Assembly (NCBI GenBank): GCA_965238175.1
Contig: CBDEGZ010000003.1
Location: forward strand, 1,248,001 to 1,312,000
Origin: Gammaproteobacteria bacterium
Lineage (GTDB): Bacteria > Pseudomonadota > Gammaproteobacteria > CAJXQU01
Direction of reading: 5' to 3'
Length of the DNA: 64,000 bases
The notes beneath the pieces are model-generated. The model was given only the letters and a program-made list of their open reading frames with translations. It was not told the origin of the DNA and did no database searches. The position numbers and the translations under genes are program-made. Positions 22,135 to 32,199 of the stretch are shown piece after piece (position 1 is the first letter of the stretch; every line of letters begins with the position of its first letter).

Positions 22135-22996
22135 AGCAAATACCACATATTTTTGCAGTCGTTCTTTTTTTTTTGGGGAATCTGTGTGATGCACAAACAA
22201 CAGGAACTGTGAATACGCAAGTATTGAAACAACGCTGCATCATACTACCGGTATCGCCACACAAGGTAACCTAAGCACCTACTATACGTTTATAACATTA
22301 GATACTGATGCTCCAAAAGTTTGGATGCAGCTCCTTGAAGGAAGTCGAATTCTAAAGGAGGAAGAACTTGAACTGCATATTCAAAACGACGATACCCTAT
22401 CGATTGGTGATATCTCCTATGTGTATGGAAAAGACACTGCGGGACCACCAGGTATCAACGGCAAACGCACTCAGGAATATTTGCGAGCCTTGAATAGCCT
22501 AGGGCAAACCAAAGAGCTTATTGTTTTGACCCAGAAATTTCTTGTGTTTGACGAAAAAGGTAAAGCGTATCGTTCTTTGGAAGAAATCGAACAACAGACC
22601 CTTCCTCAATTCAAAAACTTTGAAAAGACCCTTTCTATAGTGCTCAACGGCATGCAAAAGCATGAGACAGAAACGCCTGAGGTAAACATTCAATTTATAG
22701 GAACCCTACAAAGCACGAGAGGCCCTTGTCAGTTTCTTCCTGGGGGAGGTAGGCGTTGGGAGCAAATTACTTATTTTGAAGTAGATAAGGTTGTATTGGG
22801 AACTGTTGCCGTTAATTCCATTAAAATAAACTTATGGCGACAAGATGTTAAAGATCTAATAGAAGGAAGTTCTTATTTGGTTTCCCTCCATGTAAACGAA
22901 CAAAGAAAACTTCAGCTACAGCGAAAAGGAAAAGAATTTTGGGAATTGGATGAACTGCTGTTTGATGAAATTAATGCTATAGAAAAAAGTGAATAA
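22131..22996 (+). pseudogene. Hypothetical secreted protein, 5' part disrupted
   Basis: GTG 22131 gives a signal-like MKQIPHIF...; frame broken before the 223-aa ORF 22325-22996. Confidence 0.45.
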
Positions 22997-23600
22997 TCGC
23001 CAAAAACCAACCTGTTCATTTGCAGCTCCTGAAAATCTTCATGAAATATTGAGCAGCGATGGCTCTTGGGAAGAAGAAACTTTTGCCCCCTTTCAATTTT
23101 GATTGAATCCCGGTAGAAGGATCTGGTATAAGACCCAGAATCACTCAGGTTAGAAGTTGCCGCACCTAAACCGATCAGACATGCCGAAGTAATCGTACCG
23201 GCTTCGAAGCCTGACGGTCATCGTCAAACCATATAATCATTATTATGTGCGGAAGCGTATTTTATTTAGACGAAGAACAAGAAACGCGGGTTTACTTTCC
23301 CAATCTGAAAGTGTGCTTGCCAGTAAAACTAAATACTAATAAAAAACGCTGCCACCTTGGGGACGCCGTAAAGAACAGCAAGGCATTTTATCGATGGGCG
23401 GTTGGATACGACTCAATTTTATCTACGCCGGCAGGTGGGATAAATGGGGTGCAAAACCAGTGAAGCTGCTCATCATGGGTTTATAGAAAAAGATATTGAA
23501 GACAATAGCCATCGGTTCGGCATCACCGAAGGAAAATGGATACAGGGAGTAGATAAACTACATGTTTTTTGTTGACGAATAAGTGGAGACTTATCCCATT

Positions 23601-24125
23601 TTATTTCGATTCTTTATAATTACAATTTTTATCTAAATTCAGATACATTCTGTCGATAATGTTACTCAAAGCACGTACGAATGAGTTTTTGATTTCACTA
23701 TCTGCAGCTAACCACAAGACGCTCGTATCCACACCTCTAAAGTGCGTTGTTTTGTTATTATTCTTATTGTGAAGAGCTAAGACAATATTTGTTTTCATGA
23801 TTCCATCTGTTGTTCTGATGTGTGCTAGCTTGATAGAAACATCAGCGAACAAATATTTTTTACTTGATGGGATATTATTCAAAAAAGAGCTTTTAATCTT
23901 AAGCGTATCACTTATCCAGCTTATCAATTCTTCACTATTAATTGGATACTTACCAATAGTTCCCAAGCTCTTTTTATCCTTACGAGCATCTGTTATTCCA
24001 TTTATTACAATAGGACAATCTCTATCGTTTTTGTCTGAACTGTGAGCAGGTTTGTTTTGCACCTGATCAAAGGTGACGTTGACTGGGGTTGTAGTACAGC
24101 CGATAGAGAAAAGCAAAACCAGCAT
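23601..24125 (-). CDS. Hypothetical lipoprotein
   Basis: Lipobox-like LFSIGC; 174-aa ORF in tandem with the upstream lipoprotein. Confidence 0.65.
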   Translation of the reverse strand: MLVLLFSIGCTTTPVNVTFDQVQNKPAHSSDKNDRDCPIVINGITDARKDKKSLGTIGKYPINSEELISWISDTLKIKSSFLNNIPSSKKYLFADVSIKLAHIRTTDGIMKTNIVLALHNKNNNKTTHFRGVDTSVLWLAADSEIKNSFVRALSNIIDRMYLNLDKNCNYKESK

Positions 24126-24190
24126 GGAGCTGGTTTTGCTTATTAAACCTAATAAAGTTCGAATAGGATGGTACCTGACAGCAATAATAT

Positions 24191-24943
24191 TTATTTTTCT
24201 AAGTCTATTTTTATTTGACTTGCTATAAAGACGGCATTAGCTTCTAGTGCAACTTTTACCTTTTCTGGATCATTATTGATATCAGAAATATTTTTTTCCT
24301 TGCTACCTGAGTTACTGAGTGTTTCGTGAGCAAGGAATGTGTTGTGATAAATATTGTCTTTCATATCTACGAAGGATTCATTCGAATCACCTATTTCTCG
24401 ATAGACTTTTAACGCATCATTTATAGGAAACATATATGCTTCAACGATTGTTTGAACTGAGTCAAATTCCGGTGACAGCTTATATGAGGCCGTTAAAAAT
24501 AGAATGGCTGACGCACCAGATTCATTATATTTCTCACTAAGAATATTTTGATTGGTCGCTCGTTCAAGATTGACTTTATTCACTTTAAAGTTAGAAATAT
24601 TCGAAATTTCACTATTGATTTTTTCATGGAGCACGGATGCATAGTCGTAATCAATAAGATGATTTCTTACTGGTACAATCGAAGATTCAGCAGTATTTGT
24701 TTGTGAACTCTCCACCATTATGTCAATTAGAGCAAAGAGGAGTCCCCCTCCAGCCGCAGCAGCCGAGTTTGAACCTTTGATATCTGCATAAATTTCATCC
24801 TGATCAACGATTAAGTGGGCATCCAATTCTTGTATAAGAGTTACAGCATTTGGGTCAAGTTGGTGAACGGGTTTTATGCTAGTACAACCTGATAGAAAAA
24901 ATGAAATGGTAATAAGGACTAATATTTTTTTCAAAGATAACAT
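24191..24943 (-). CDS. Hypothetical lipoprotein with glycine-zipper-like segment
   Basis: MLSLKKILVLITISFFLSGC lipobox; AAAAGGGLLFALID. Confidence 0.75.
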   Translation of the reverse strand: MLSLKKILVLITISFFLSGCTSIKPVHQLDPNAVTLIQELDAHLIVDQDEIYADIKGSNSAAAAGGGLLFALIDIMVESSQTNTAESSIVPVRNHLIDYDYASVLHEKINSEISNISNFKVNKVNLERATNQNILSEKYNESGASAILFLTASYKLSPEFDSVQTIVEAYMFPINDALKVYREIGDSNESFVDMKDNIYHNTFLAHETLSNSGSKEKNISDINNDPEKVKVALEANAVFIASQIKIDLEK

Positions 24944-25737
24944 GTTTTCCGATCCTAAAAATAAGTTTAAAAAATGAGAATAGAACATATAAATAGATAC
25001 TTTGATGAAAAAGTAAAATATTTAGACCATTGGTAAATGGGTTTTAAGATAAACAAAGATCCTTCTTGTTGCTTAGATATACTCTGCCGTATCGAAGTAG
25101 TACTCTCTCGATAAATTCACCATTTTGCGAATTCTGGAGTCAAGGCTGCCATTCAAGATGGTAATACTCAAGTTAATGATTGCAATATCACGTAAAGACC
25201 TATTGGAAGATCCTTGTCAAGAGTCAGACAAAATAAAAGAGGGCAAGTTTTCCTAAATTCAGAGAACAGGTTTTCAATATCATGTTCTTTCGTAGGATTG
25301 TTTAAGATCATGCTACATTACCTACATTTACAAACTAGAGTTTTTCGTAAGATTTTAAATAGACATAAAGATTTTATATTTTACAGGGGAGACCAGTTTC
25401 TCCTGACGTTAACTAGAGGTAATAGAACATAATTTCTCCAGTTGGAGTGTTTCAGCTTCCATATAATTAGATTGGTTTTGTATGATGTAATTACATTCAT
25501 GGAGAATAAAAGATGAAGAAAAAAGTTGTGAAAAAAACACCTAAATATTTCATTCGGAAAGGTAATCATTAGCGGTACAGGTTTTTGGTTATTTCCACTT
25601 CTGAAGATTTTAAAGTTATTACTGGATGGATAATTATTTAATTCAATCCAAAGTTCATCAGTATTGATATTACCTCATATTTCCCAGAGGATGGTTTGAA
25701 ATCTGAGCACTGTAGATAGTGGTAATAGGGGTAGGCT

Positions 25738-27074
25738 CTGAGGGATCCCCACGAATCTGCAAGAATAATCAAACATACAGTGGCTCCCACATGAGCTGTT
25801 GAATATGTTCAAAAGCCCGCGTCCAATCTTTTTTCTTGAGTTTTAAGGTTCTATCTTTAAACGCTCTCAAACCAACAAACTGATAGGACAATACGACTTT
25901 ATCTTTGACAGAATTGGCTTGATAACGGCGATGTAAATTCGCCATCGTCACTACCACTCCAAACAGGTATAAAACAAACTGAGCTAACGCAGCAATCACC
26001 AATAACACTGTCAGACGTTTCAATATTCGTGTATTACCAAGGTTCATCTTCAACCCTGTTTTCAAGTCTCTAAAACTCTCTTCAATTTGCATCCGTGTCT
26101 GATAAAGTTTGGTCACTCGTTTAGCAAACCCTTTTTCTGGTATTAATGAGGTGACCAACAACCAAGGCTCTGCTTCCCGTTCAGCCTGTTTGCGCGAATG
26201 ACTATTACGACGGTTCTTATGACCCAGTGCCGTTTTATCTTTTCGCCCTTGTGGTTTTTTACGCACCACCACTAATTGACCTGTCATCGGCGTGTTACGA
26301 CAGAGTTGATAAGCCCCTAACCGTTTTGGTTTTATTGTCGCTTTCGTATATAAATCTTTAACTGGAAACCAACCGGGTACGGAGGTTGTCTGGCACAAAG
26401 TCCGGTTCCTTACTCTTCCCACAAAGTCCCAACCCAATGAACGGACTAACTCAAACCAGGGCGTGCGAAAACCGGCATCGGTCACAATAATCGGACGACA
26501 TGTTTCTGGAAGCATGGCCTTTAGTCTACCCATAAACTGTTTATGGGTGTTCAGTTTTTCTTTGGTTGTGACGGGATGAACTTCTTCATAAAGCGTCAGA
26601 GCACGGCCATCTACTGCGACAGAAGCACGTAATAAAAAGTGTTGCTTTCGCGGGTCACAATCTGACCAGTCTACGAGAATAACAGGGTGAGATTGTTGTT
26701 CAATTAATGCCACGCTTAAGCGTGAATAAATACCCTGACTCTCTTGCTGTAAATGGGCGTTACTGCACAGCCTATCCGCTCGTTTTATTTGATGCTTTTC
26801 ACTGGTATCACTGTCCAGAGTACGCCCTAAACTGGTCACGGATAATGCCGCGCCGGAGAGCGTGCTCAAGATCATGTCATTCAGACTTTGGCGTCGGACT
26901 TTATGCATGTTGGGCGTGACTCTTCTTAGAAGATCCTTCAGTATGGTTTGTGCTTTCATGGTGTTCACCGATTTGTGATGTTTGCTGATTGATCAGATCA
27001 ACTTATACCATGAAAGTTCAGACTTTTATATCTTAACTACTGATTCTATTAACTATTTTGTGGGGATTGCTCAG
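25738..27074 (-). mobile_element. Complete IS4-family (IS10-like) insertion sequence, 1337 bp
   Basis: IRs CTGAGGGATCCCCAC / rc CTGAGCAATCCCCAC; 9-bp TSD GGGTAGGCT at 25729-25737 and 27075-27083. Confidence 0.95.
25769..26968 (-). CDS. IS4 family transposase
   Basis: KHQIKRADR, VDWS, TDAGF, Y..RMQIEESFRDLK (YREK) motifs. Confidence 0.96.
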   Translation of the reverse strand: MNTMKAQTILKDLLRRVTPNMHKVRRQSLNDMILSTLSGAALSVTSLGRTLDSDTSEKHQIKRADRLCSNAHLQQESQGIYSRLSVALIEQQSHPVILVDWSDCDPRKQHFLLRASVAVDGRALTLYEEVHPVTTKEKLNTHKQFMGRLKAMLPETCRPIIVTDAGFRTPWFELVRSLGWDFVGRVRNRTLCQTTSVPGWFPVKDLYTKATIKPKRLGAYQLCRNTPMTGQLVVVRKKPQGRKDKTALGHKNRRNSHSRKQAEREAEPWLLVTSLIPEKGFAKRVTKLYQTRMQIEESFRDLKTGLKMNLGNTRILKRLTVLLVIAALAQFVLYLFGVVVTMANLHRRYQANSVKDKVVLSYQFVGLRAFKDRTLKLKKKDWTRAFEHIQQLMWEPLYV

Positions 27075-27265
27075 GGGTAGGCTCCACTTAATTTCAAAAG
27101 TATGGTTTTGGGTAACGAATATATTAAGCAACAAGATTAAAAATCTATGCTGCGGATTTTTCCACATAACTCTAAAATAAAGGTGATTAGTTAGATGGAT
27201 TATTTTAAGAATAAAAGTAATAGATAGTCTTAATATATAAGATTTTCTGATCGGGTAATGCGAAC

Positions 27266-27526
27266 TTAGCGACGCCCGCGGCCAGGCTTTACGACTTCTA
27301 AATTAACTTTCATTTGTTTACCGTGGAGTTCTTTTCCATTTAACCCGGCAATGGCTGCACGTGCTTCGTGACCTTCCATTTCGATAAACCCGAAACCTTT
27401 GCATTGCCCTGACATGACGTCGGTTACTAGATTGAGGGAACGTACCTTTCCAAATCCAGAGAATAGATTCTCAAGTTCGTGTTCTTTCGTTGATGGAGCT
27501 AAGTTGCCTACAAATAGTTTTTTCAC
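27266..27526 (-). CDS. RRM-domain RNA-binding protein
   Basis: RNP2 LFVGNL, RNP1 KGFGFIEM. Confidence 0.93.
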   Translation of the reverse strand: MKKLFVGNLAPSTKEHELENLFSGFGKVRSLNLVTDVMSGQCKGFGFIEMEGHEARAAIAGLNGKELHGKQMKVNLEVVKPGRGRR

Positions 27527-27721
27527 GTTTTTCCCCTTTCAGAGTTTTGATGTTGTTATTGTATATAAATTAAAAAATAGAAACCCTTCATAGAAATTTT
27601 TTGTAAGAGGATCAAAATCGTAAAACTTTTTCTTAACAATAAATAGTATTTGTTTCTTATCGAAACTAGATCATATCTACAAATAAAATAAGGCCGCCCA
27701 GTTGGACAGCCTAATTCTGTT

Positions 27722-27836
27722 TGGTGGAGACGGTGGGAGTTTAACCCATCTGCAAATTCTCCAGCTTTGGATCTATATGTTTAACCGACCTTTTTTAATT
27801 TAACTGCATGTTACCCGAACGGTAGGATGCGCGCAC
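27722..27836 (-). repeat. Degenerate duplicate of the tmRNA 3' end (att-site scar)
   Basis: Aligns by eye (~80%) to 29705-29820, starting TGGTGGAGACGG; own terminator-like hairpin at 27691-27712. Confidence 0.9.
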
Positions 27837-27874
27837 TTTTATAGTGCATTTGATACATGTTAATAGCTCAAACA

Positions 27875-28744
27875 CTATTGCGAGGTTTCTGATAGGAGGT
27901 CTGGGTTCATTACGAGGTTTCTTACTCCGTGAGCATGATCCTCATTGAATATATTGCTCTTACACCATTTTCCAACCGATTCAATATTTACTTTGGCAAC
28001 CTTAGTACGAACGCTCCAGGTTACCTGAAACGGAGAACCTTGTTCATTGTAACTTGGCCCTGTGGTTGAGCCTGCGTATTGAACTGGAATTCCTGTATCA
28101 TTTGGAATGTTCATTGCCTGGTGTAAACCATTTTTCATTCCATGTTGGGTAAGCTCGCCAAAGTCTCTAGCATTCTCATCATTCACCAAGACATACACTT
28201 GAGTCTCTACTCGCAACTGTGGGTTTTTGATCGAGTCATTAAGGCATGAACCTAATGTTGGGCCGGGCTTTACCTGAGCACTCGAATGAACGTAGTGAAC
28301 CTCAATTGTATCGCCAGGAGTAAGGCCGCCGTGTTTACTTGGGCAAACCTCTTGGTTGACAGGGGACAACTCCTCATTCGATAAACTCCCTGAATATTGA
28401 TAGCCGGTCTGATACCCATGACCATTGCCATGCCCCGCATATTTTGTGAATTCTCCACCTTTGTGCTCCGCATTCTTATGAAAGTGAATATTACAAAGAC
28501 TCATTTGTGAAGATGACGGGGCGGTGTTAAAGGCAATGTTGTTATTACCTGAAACTAAATCAATATCACGTGGTGATTGAGGGCCAAATCCCTTGTTTTC
28601 TGTGTTTATTGCCAGATTTCTGCGTTGTTGGGTAATCGTTTCGTCTGAAACTGGGATGAGCAGATCAGAGTTAATATCCCTTGCAACTAAGTTATAGGGC
28701 ATCCCAACTGTTGTGACTAAGAAAAAAATTATTTTTGTTTTCAT
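27875..28744 (-). CDS. Delta-class carbonic anhydrase (TWCA1-like), exported
   Basis: GPQSPRDI, LCNIHFH.NAEH, PGDTIEVHYVH, GPTLGSC, NPQLRVE.QV, Y.GSTTG, SP.QVTW, HAHGVR motifs. Confidence 0.85.
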   Translation of the reverse strand: MKTKIIFFLVTTVGMPYNLVARDINSDLLIPVSDETITQQRRNLAINTENKGFGPQSPRDIDLVSGNNNIAFNTAPSSSQMSLCNIHFHKNAEHKGGEFTKYAGHGNGHGYQTGYQYSGSLSNEELSPVNQEVCPSKHGGLTPGDTIEVHYVHSSAQVKPGPTLGSCLNDSIKNPQLRVETQVYVLVNDENARDFGELTQHGMKNGLHQAMNIPNDTGIPVQYAGSTTGPSYNEQGSPFQVTWSVRTKVAKVNIESVGKWCKSNIFNEDHAHGVRNLVMNPDLLSETSQ

Positions 28745-29116
28745 GGCAATTTCCTCTAAACATGTGTGGCGAGGTAATCAATGGATACCCCAAGTTTCAA
28801 ATATTAAGACGATAAAATACATGATGAATTTGGAGGCTGCAAATTACAATTAAATTGCTCCAGCGAAAGAATCGCTGTTGCTGAATCAGTGGCCCGAAGC
28901 CATCTACATATTTTTAGAATAAGATGCTGAAAATAAGCTGGAATATCATTAGTTACTCTCAGAATATCAGGAGCAATAATTTAATTGTAAAGTGTAGATT
29001 ATTCATGTGCTTACCCTTAGTTAAAGTTTTTTACAGTATGGTCGATATAGAAGGAACTATGTTCTATCTTCTGACTGGTTTGCTTCAAACAAACCTTTAA
29101 ATAAAGGATTATTGCT

Positions 29117-29557
29117 ATGAAGACATTACCTCTTCTCTTTTTATTTACTCTTTTTGTATCTAATCATGCATTTGCATGTCAAAAAATGACGATGTCTTAT
29201 GATGAAATTGCATTAGCTTCTAAGGCAGTTTATGTCGGTGGAATTATGAGTGTGTCTATTCCTGACTTAGCAGAAGAACAAATGAATGAAGATTTAAACT
29301 ATCCAAATGCAACTCACAGAAGTGATAGAGTCATCACGATGAATGTGTTTCAAACACTTAATGGAGAAGTAAAAGAAAGACTGGATGTCACTCTTGACTG
29401 GTGTAATGGTAAAGATGCAAAACTCGGTAAAATGGCAATACTTTATAAAATCGAGGGCGGATGGGTTTTAAAACACGATGAATTTGCCATTTCTGAAACT
29501 ATGGCAATACTCTCAACCCGATCTAAGGCAAATATTCACAATATCGCACTTTATTAG
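29117..29557 (+). CDS. Hypothetical secreted protein
   Basis: Signal peptide ending AFA-C; RBS AAGGA; 146 aa. Confidence 0.7.
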   Translation: MKTLPLLFLFTLFVSNHAFACQKMTMSYDEIALASKAVYVGGIMSVSIPDLAEEQMNEDLNYPNATHRSDRVITMNVFQTLNGEVKERLDVTLDWCNGKDAKLGKMAILYKIEGGWVLKHDEFAISETMAILSTRSKANIHNIALY

Positions 29558-29667
29558 TCAGATTAACTATGAGGAAGAAAGTTGACTTTTGATTGAACAA
29601 GTTCAGAAGAACAAAAATGAGTTTTTAAAATTTTTGATTGATCATTCTCAAAAACTATTTCAAGTAT

Positions 29668-29699
29668 AAAAAAAGGGCTACCCGATGGATAGCCCTTTT
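29668..29699 (-). terminator. tmRNA terminator
   Basis: AAAAGGGCTA..TAGCCCTTTT hairpin just beyond the ssrA 3' end. Confidence 0.85.
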
Positions 29700-29704
29700 G
29701 TATT

Positions 29705-30080
29705 TGGTGGAGACGGCGGGAATTGAACCCGCGTCCGCAAATCCTCCGCCTTTGGATCTACATGTTTAGCCGACTCTTTTAATTTAACTGGCCACTACCC
29801 GAACGGCAGGATGCGTGTACAGCGATTCCGGTAAAGTTTTAGGGAATCCACGCCGGACGCATTTCATCACGATCTTATGAGAGTCGACGCCTGAGTGTTC
29901 CGAAGAACCTGGACGCATAAGCACGGCTCCAGTCAGACGGCAATCTACCGGTTATTAAGCGGCGAGTGCGTAGTTGTCGTCGTTGGCAACTAAAAGTTTG
30001 CAACAATGATTTACGAGGAATGCTGCCTCCTCGACATGCACCTAAGGTTTTGTAACCCGCGTCGAAGCCAAGTCGTCCCC
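29705..30080 (-). ncRNA. ssrA: tmRNA; tag peptide ANDDNYALAA (29987-29955)
   Basis: 5' GGGGACGAC, 3' T-arm and ...GTCTCCACCA; resume codon GCC then AAC GAC GAC AAC TAC GCA CTC GCC GCT TAA. Confidence 0.98.
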
Positions 30081-30156
30081 TAACTTGGATAGTATATCCA
30101 ATGTGGAGTTCATCGGCCAGGGATAAGAAGTCTGAAGTGATTAGATCAGATTAAGA

Positions 30157-30339
30157 TTATTTTTTAAAGCGGCTGAGGAGGATGGTGACTAGGCCAAGCA
30201 GGAGCTCATCCACAAATGGGATAACATCAGGGATGATCAAATCAAAAACAAATAAACCCAGCGCTATTAAGAACAGGTTTTTGAACCTCAACCCTTGGGA
30301 ATAGGTGAGAAGTAACGCGATTATTGATCTGGGATTCAT
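30157..30339 (-). CDS. Small membrane protein (DUF6116-like); start codon lies in the IS481 TSD
   Basis: MNPRS...LRF..LF......F.FDLIIPD.IPFVDELLLGL; the longer ORF call extends into the IS end. Confidence 0.7.
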   Translation of the reverse strand: MNPRSIIALLLTYSQGLRFKNLFLIALGLFVFDLIIPDVIPFVDELLLGLVTILLSRFKK

Positions 30340-30340
30340 A

Positions 30341-31566
30341 TGTAGAAATTCAGATTTGATCTGACAGTTACCCAATTATCAGTAACCGACTGTCAGGTTA
30401 AGTTTAATTCACAAACTTTTCCTTCCAGATAGCTTGTCCGTCGATGAGTGTTTCCATCGGCGTCCTCCCGCAGCACATTTTGCCTTGGTGAGTTCGTTGA
30501 GTATTGTATTTGAGCAACCATTCGTCAAGGTCGAGTTGCAGTTCATCAATCGATTGGTAAATTTTCTTACGCAAAGCGACTTGATAAAACTCATTGAGGA
30601 TCGTCTTATGGAATCGCTCACAAATACCATTCGTCTGAGGTGATTTGACCTTGGTTTTGGTGTGTTCGATATTGTTCAACGCCATATAAAGCTGATAATC
30701 ATGCTGGTCAGCTCGCCCACAATACTCCGTCCCTCTATCTGTCAAAATGCGCAACATAGGCAAACGTTGTTCTTCGTAGAATGGGAGGACGCGGTCATTG
30801 AGCATGTCAGCTGCCGTAATCGGTGTTTTAGTCGGGTACAGTTTCGCGTGAGCGACCTTGCTGTAAGTATCAACAAACGTTTGTTGATAAACCCGACCAA
30901 TGCCTTTGAAAGTACCGACATAGTAAGTATCTTGCGAGCCAAGATAACCAGGGTGTGCCGTCTCTATCTCGCCACAAGCCTCATCGTCGTCTTTCTTGCG
31001 TTCCATCGCCGCGACTTGAGACTCAGTGAGGATCAAGCCTTCACCAGCTACCTTATCAGACAATGCCTTCAGGCGATCTTTAAAGCAAGCAAGACCATGA
31101 CGAAGCCAGATACAACGAACGCCACTGGGTGAGACAAATGTTCCCCGTTTGCGCAGCTCGTTACTGGTGCGCGTTTGACCATGTGCGGGCTCTTCCAGTG
31201 CATACTCGAGCACAACGGTTTCAATAGCCGGGTCGATTCTGTTTTTAAGATTTGGGGTACGCCGATTACGATCAAACAAGGCTTCTACACCGCCTTCATC
31301 AGCCGCTTCTTTGTAGCGATAAAATGTATCTCTGGACAAACCCATCATCTTGCAGGCTTTTGAGACATTGCCGAGTTCTTCAGCGAGATTGAGTAGACCA
31401 ACTTTATGTTTTATAACTTTGTCATTAGTATGAATCATGAGAGTTACCTCTTTGTGTTTTGATGTTTACGTTGCAGTTACATCAAAGCGGGTAACTCTCA
31501 CTAAATCAAGCGTCGCTACGCTCCGCTTGATTTAGTGATGTGTCAGATTGGGTCTAAACTTCTACA
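30341..31566 (-). mobile_element. Complete IS481-family insertion sequence
   Basis: TGT...ACA ends; IRs TGTAGAAATTCAGATTTGATCTGACA / rc TGTAGAAGTTTAGACCCAATCTGACA; TSD ATTCATA at 30334-30340 and 31567-31573. Confidence 0.95.
30404..31438 (-). CDS. IS481 family transposase
   Basis: LAEELGNVSKAC HTH; QDT, TDRGTEY, PQTNGICERFHKT DDE core. Confidence 0.96.
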   Translation of the reverse strand: MIHTNDKVIKHKVGLLNLAEELGNVSKACKMMGLSRDTFYRYKEAADEGGVEALFDRNRRTPNLKNRIDPAIETVVLEYALEEPAHGQTRTSNELRKRGTFVSPSGVRCIWLRHGLACFKDRLKALSDKVAGEGLILTESQVAAMERKKDDDEACGEIETAHPGYLGSQDTYYVGTFKGIGRVYQQTFVDTYSKVAHAKLYPTKTPITAADMLNDRVLPFYEEQRLPMLRILTDRGTEYCGRADQHDYQLYMALNNIEHTKTKVKSPQTNGICERFHKTILNEFYQVALRKKIYQSIDELQLDLDEWLLKYNTQRTHQGKMCCGRTPMETLIDGQAIWKEKFVN

Positions 31567-31643
31567 ATTCATATTATATTTTCCACATAACTAATACTTC
31601 TGATCGTCTATTTGTTATCTCTCAGTTAGCTCTCTGGATTATA

Positions 31644-32123
31644 TCAACGACCTTTCAGGATCCTTTGTTGTTCTCGACCCCAATCGCGCTCTTTTGACGC
31701 AGCGCGTTTGTCATGTGCTTGTTTACCTTTAGCTAGTCCAACTTCGATCTTGGCGCGACCTTTTACCCAATACATTGCGGTAGGCACTATGGTGTAGCCC
31801 TTTCTGTCGACGGCTGAAGAAAGTTTTGCAAGTTCATAAGTGTGTAATAGTAACTTTCGTACTCGTGTTTTATTGGGAGTGATGTGTGTGGAGGCTGTTT
31901 GTAGAGGCGTGATGACGCAGCCATGTAACCAGGCTTCTCCTTTATGCATCTGAATGTGGCTGTCGAGGATCTGTATTTTCCCAGCGCGCAGGCTTTTGAC
32001 TTCCCAGCCTTCAAGCACAAGCCCAGCTTCAAAACGATCTTCAATATGGTAGTCGTGTCGTGCTTTTTTGTTCCGGACGATAGTGCTGGATGGAGCTTTT
32101 GGTTTTTTCTTTGTTTTAGCCAT
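31644..32123 (-). CDS. smpB: SsrA-binding protein
   Basis: NKKARHDY..E..EAG.VL.GWEVKSLR, RKLLLH, AKGK..HDKR. Confidence 0.98.
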   Translation of the reverse strand: MAKTKKKPKAPSSTIVRNKKARHDYHIEDRFEAGLVLEGWEVKSLRAGKIQILDSHIQMHKGEAWLHGCVITPLQTASTHITPNKTRVRKLLLHTYELAKLSSAVDRKGYTIVPTAMYWVKGRAKIEVGLAKGKQAHDKRAASKERDWGREQQRILKGR

Positions 32124-32199
32124 AACGAGATATTATATCAAATCCAGATTTTTCAAATTGGAAAATTAATATCAGTCGCGGCATACTTCACAATAAAAA

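Noticed and set aside
27722-27760. tRNA gene
   Set aside because: It is the 3' tRNA-like end of tmRNA, degenerate and without a 5' half
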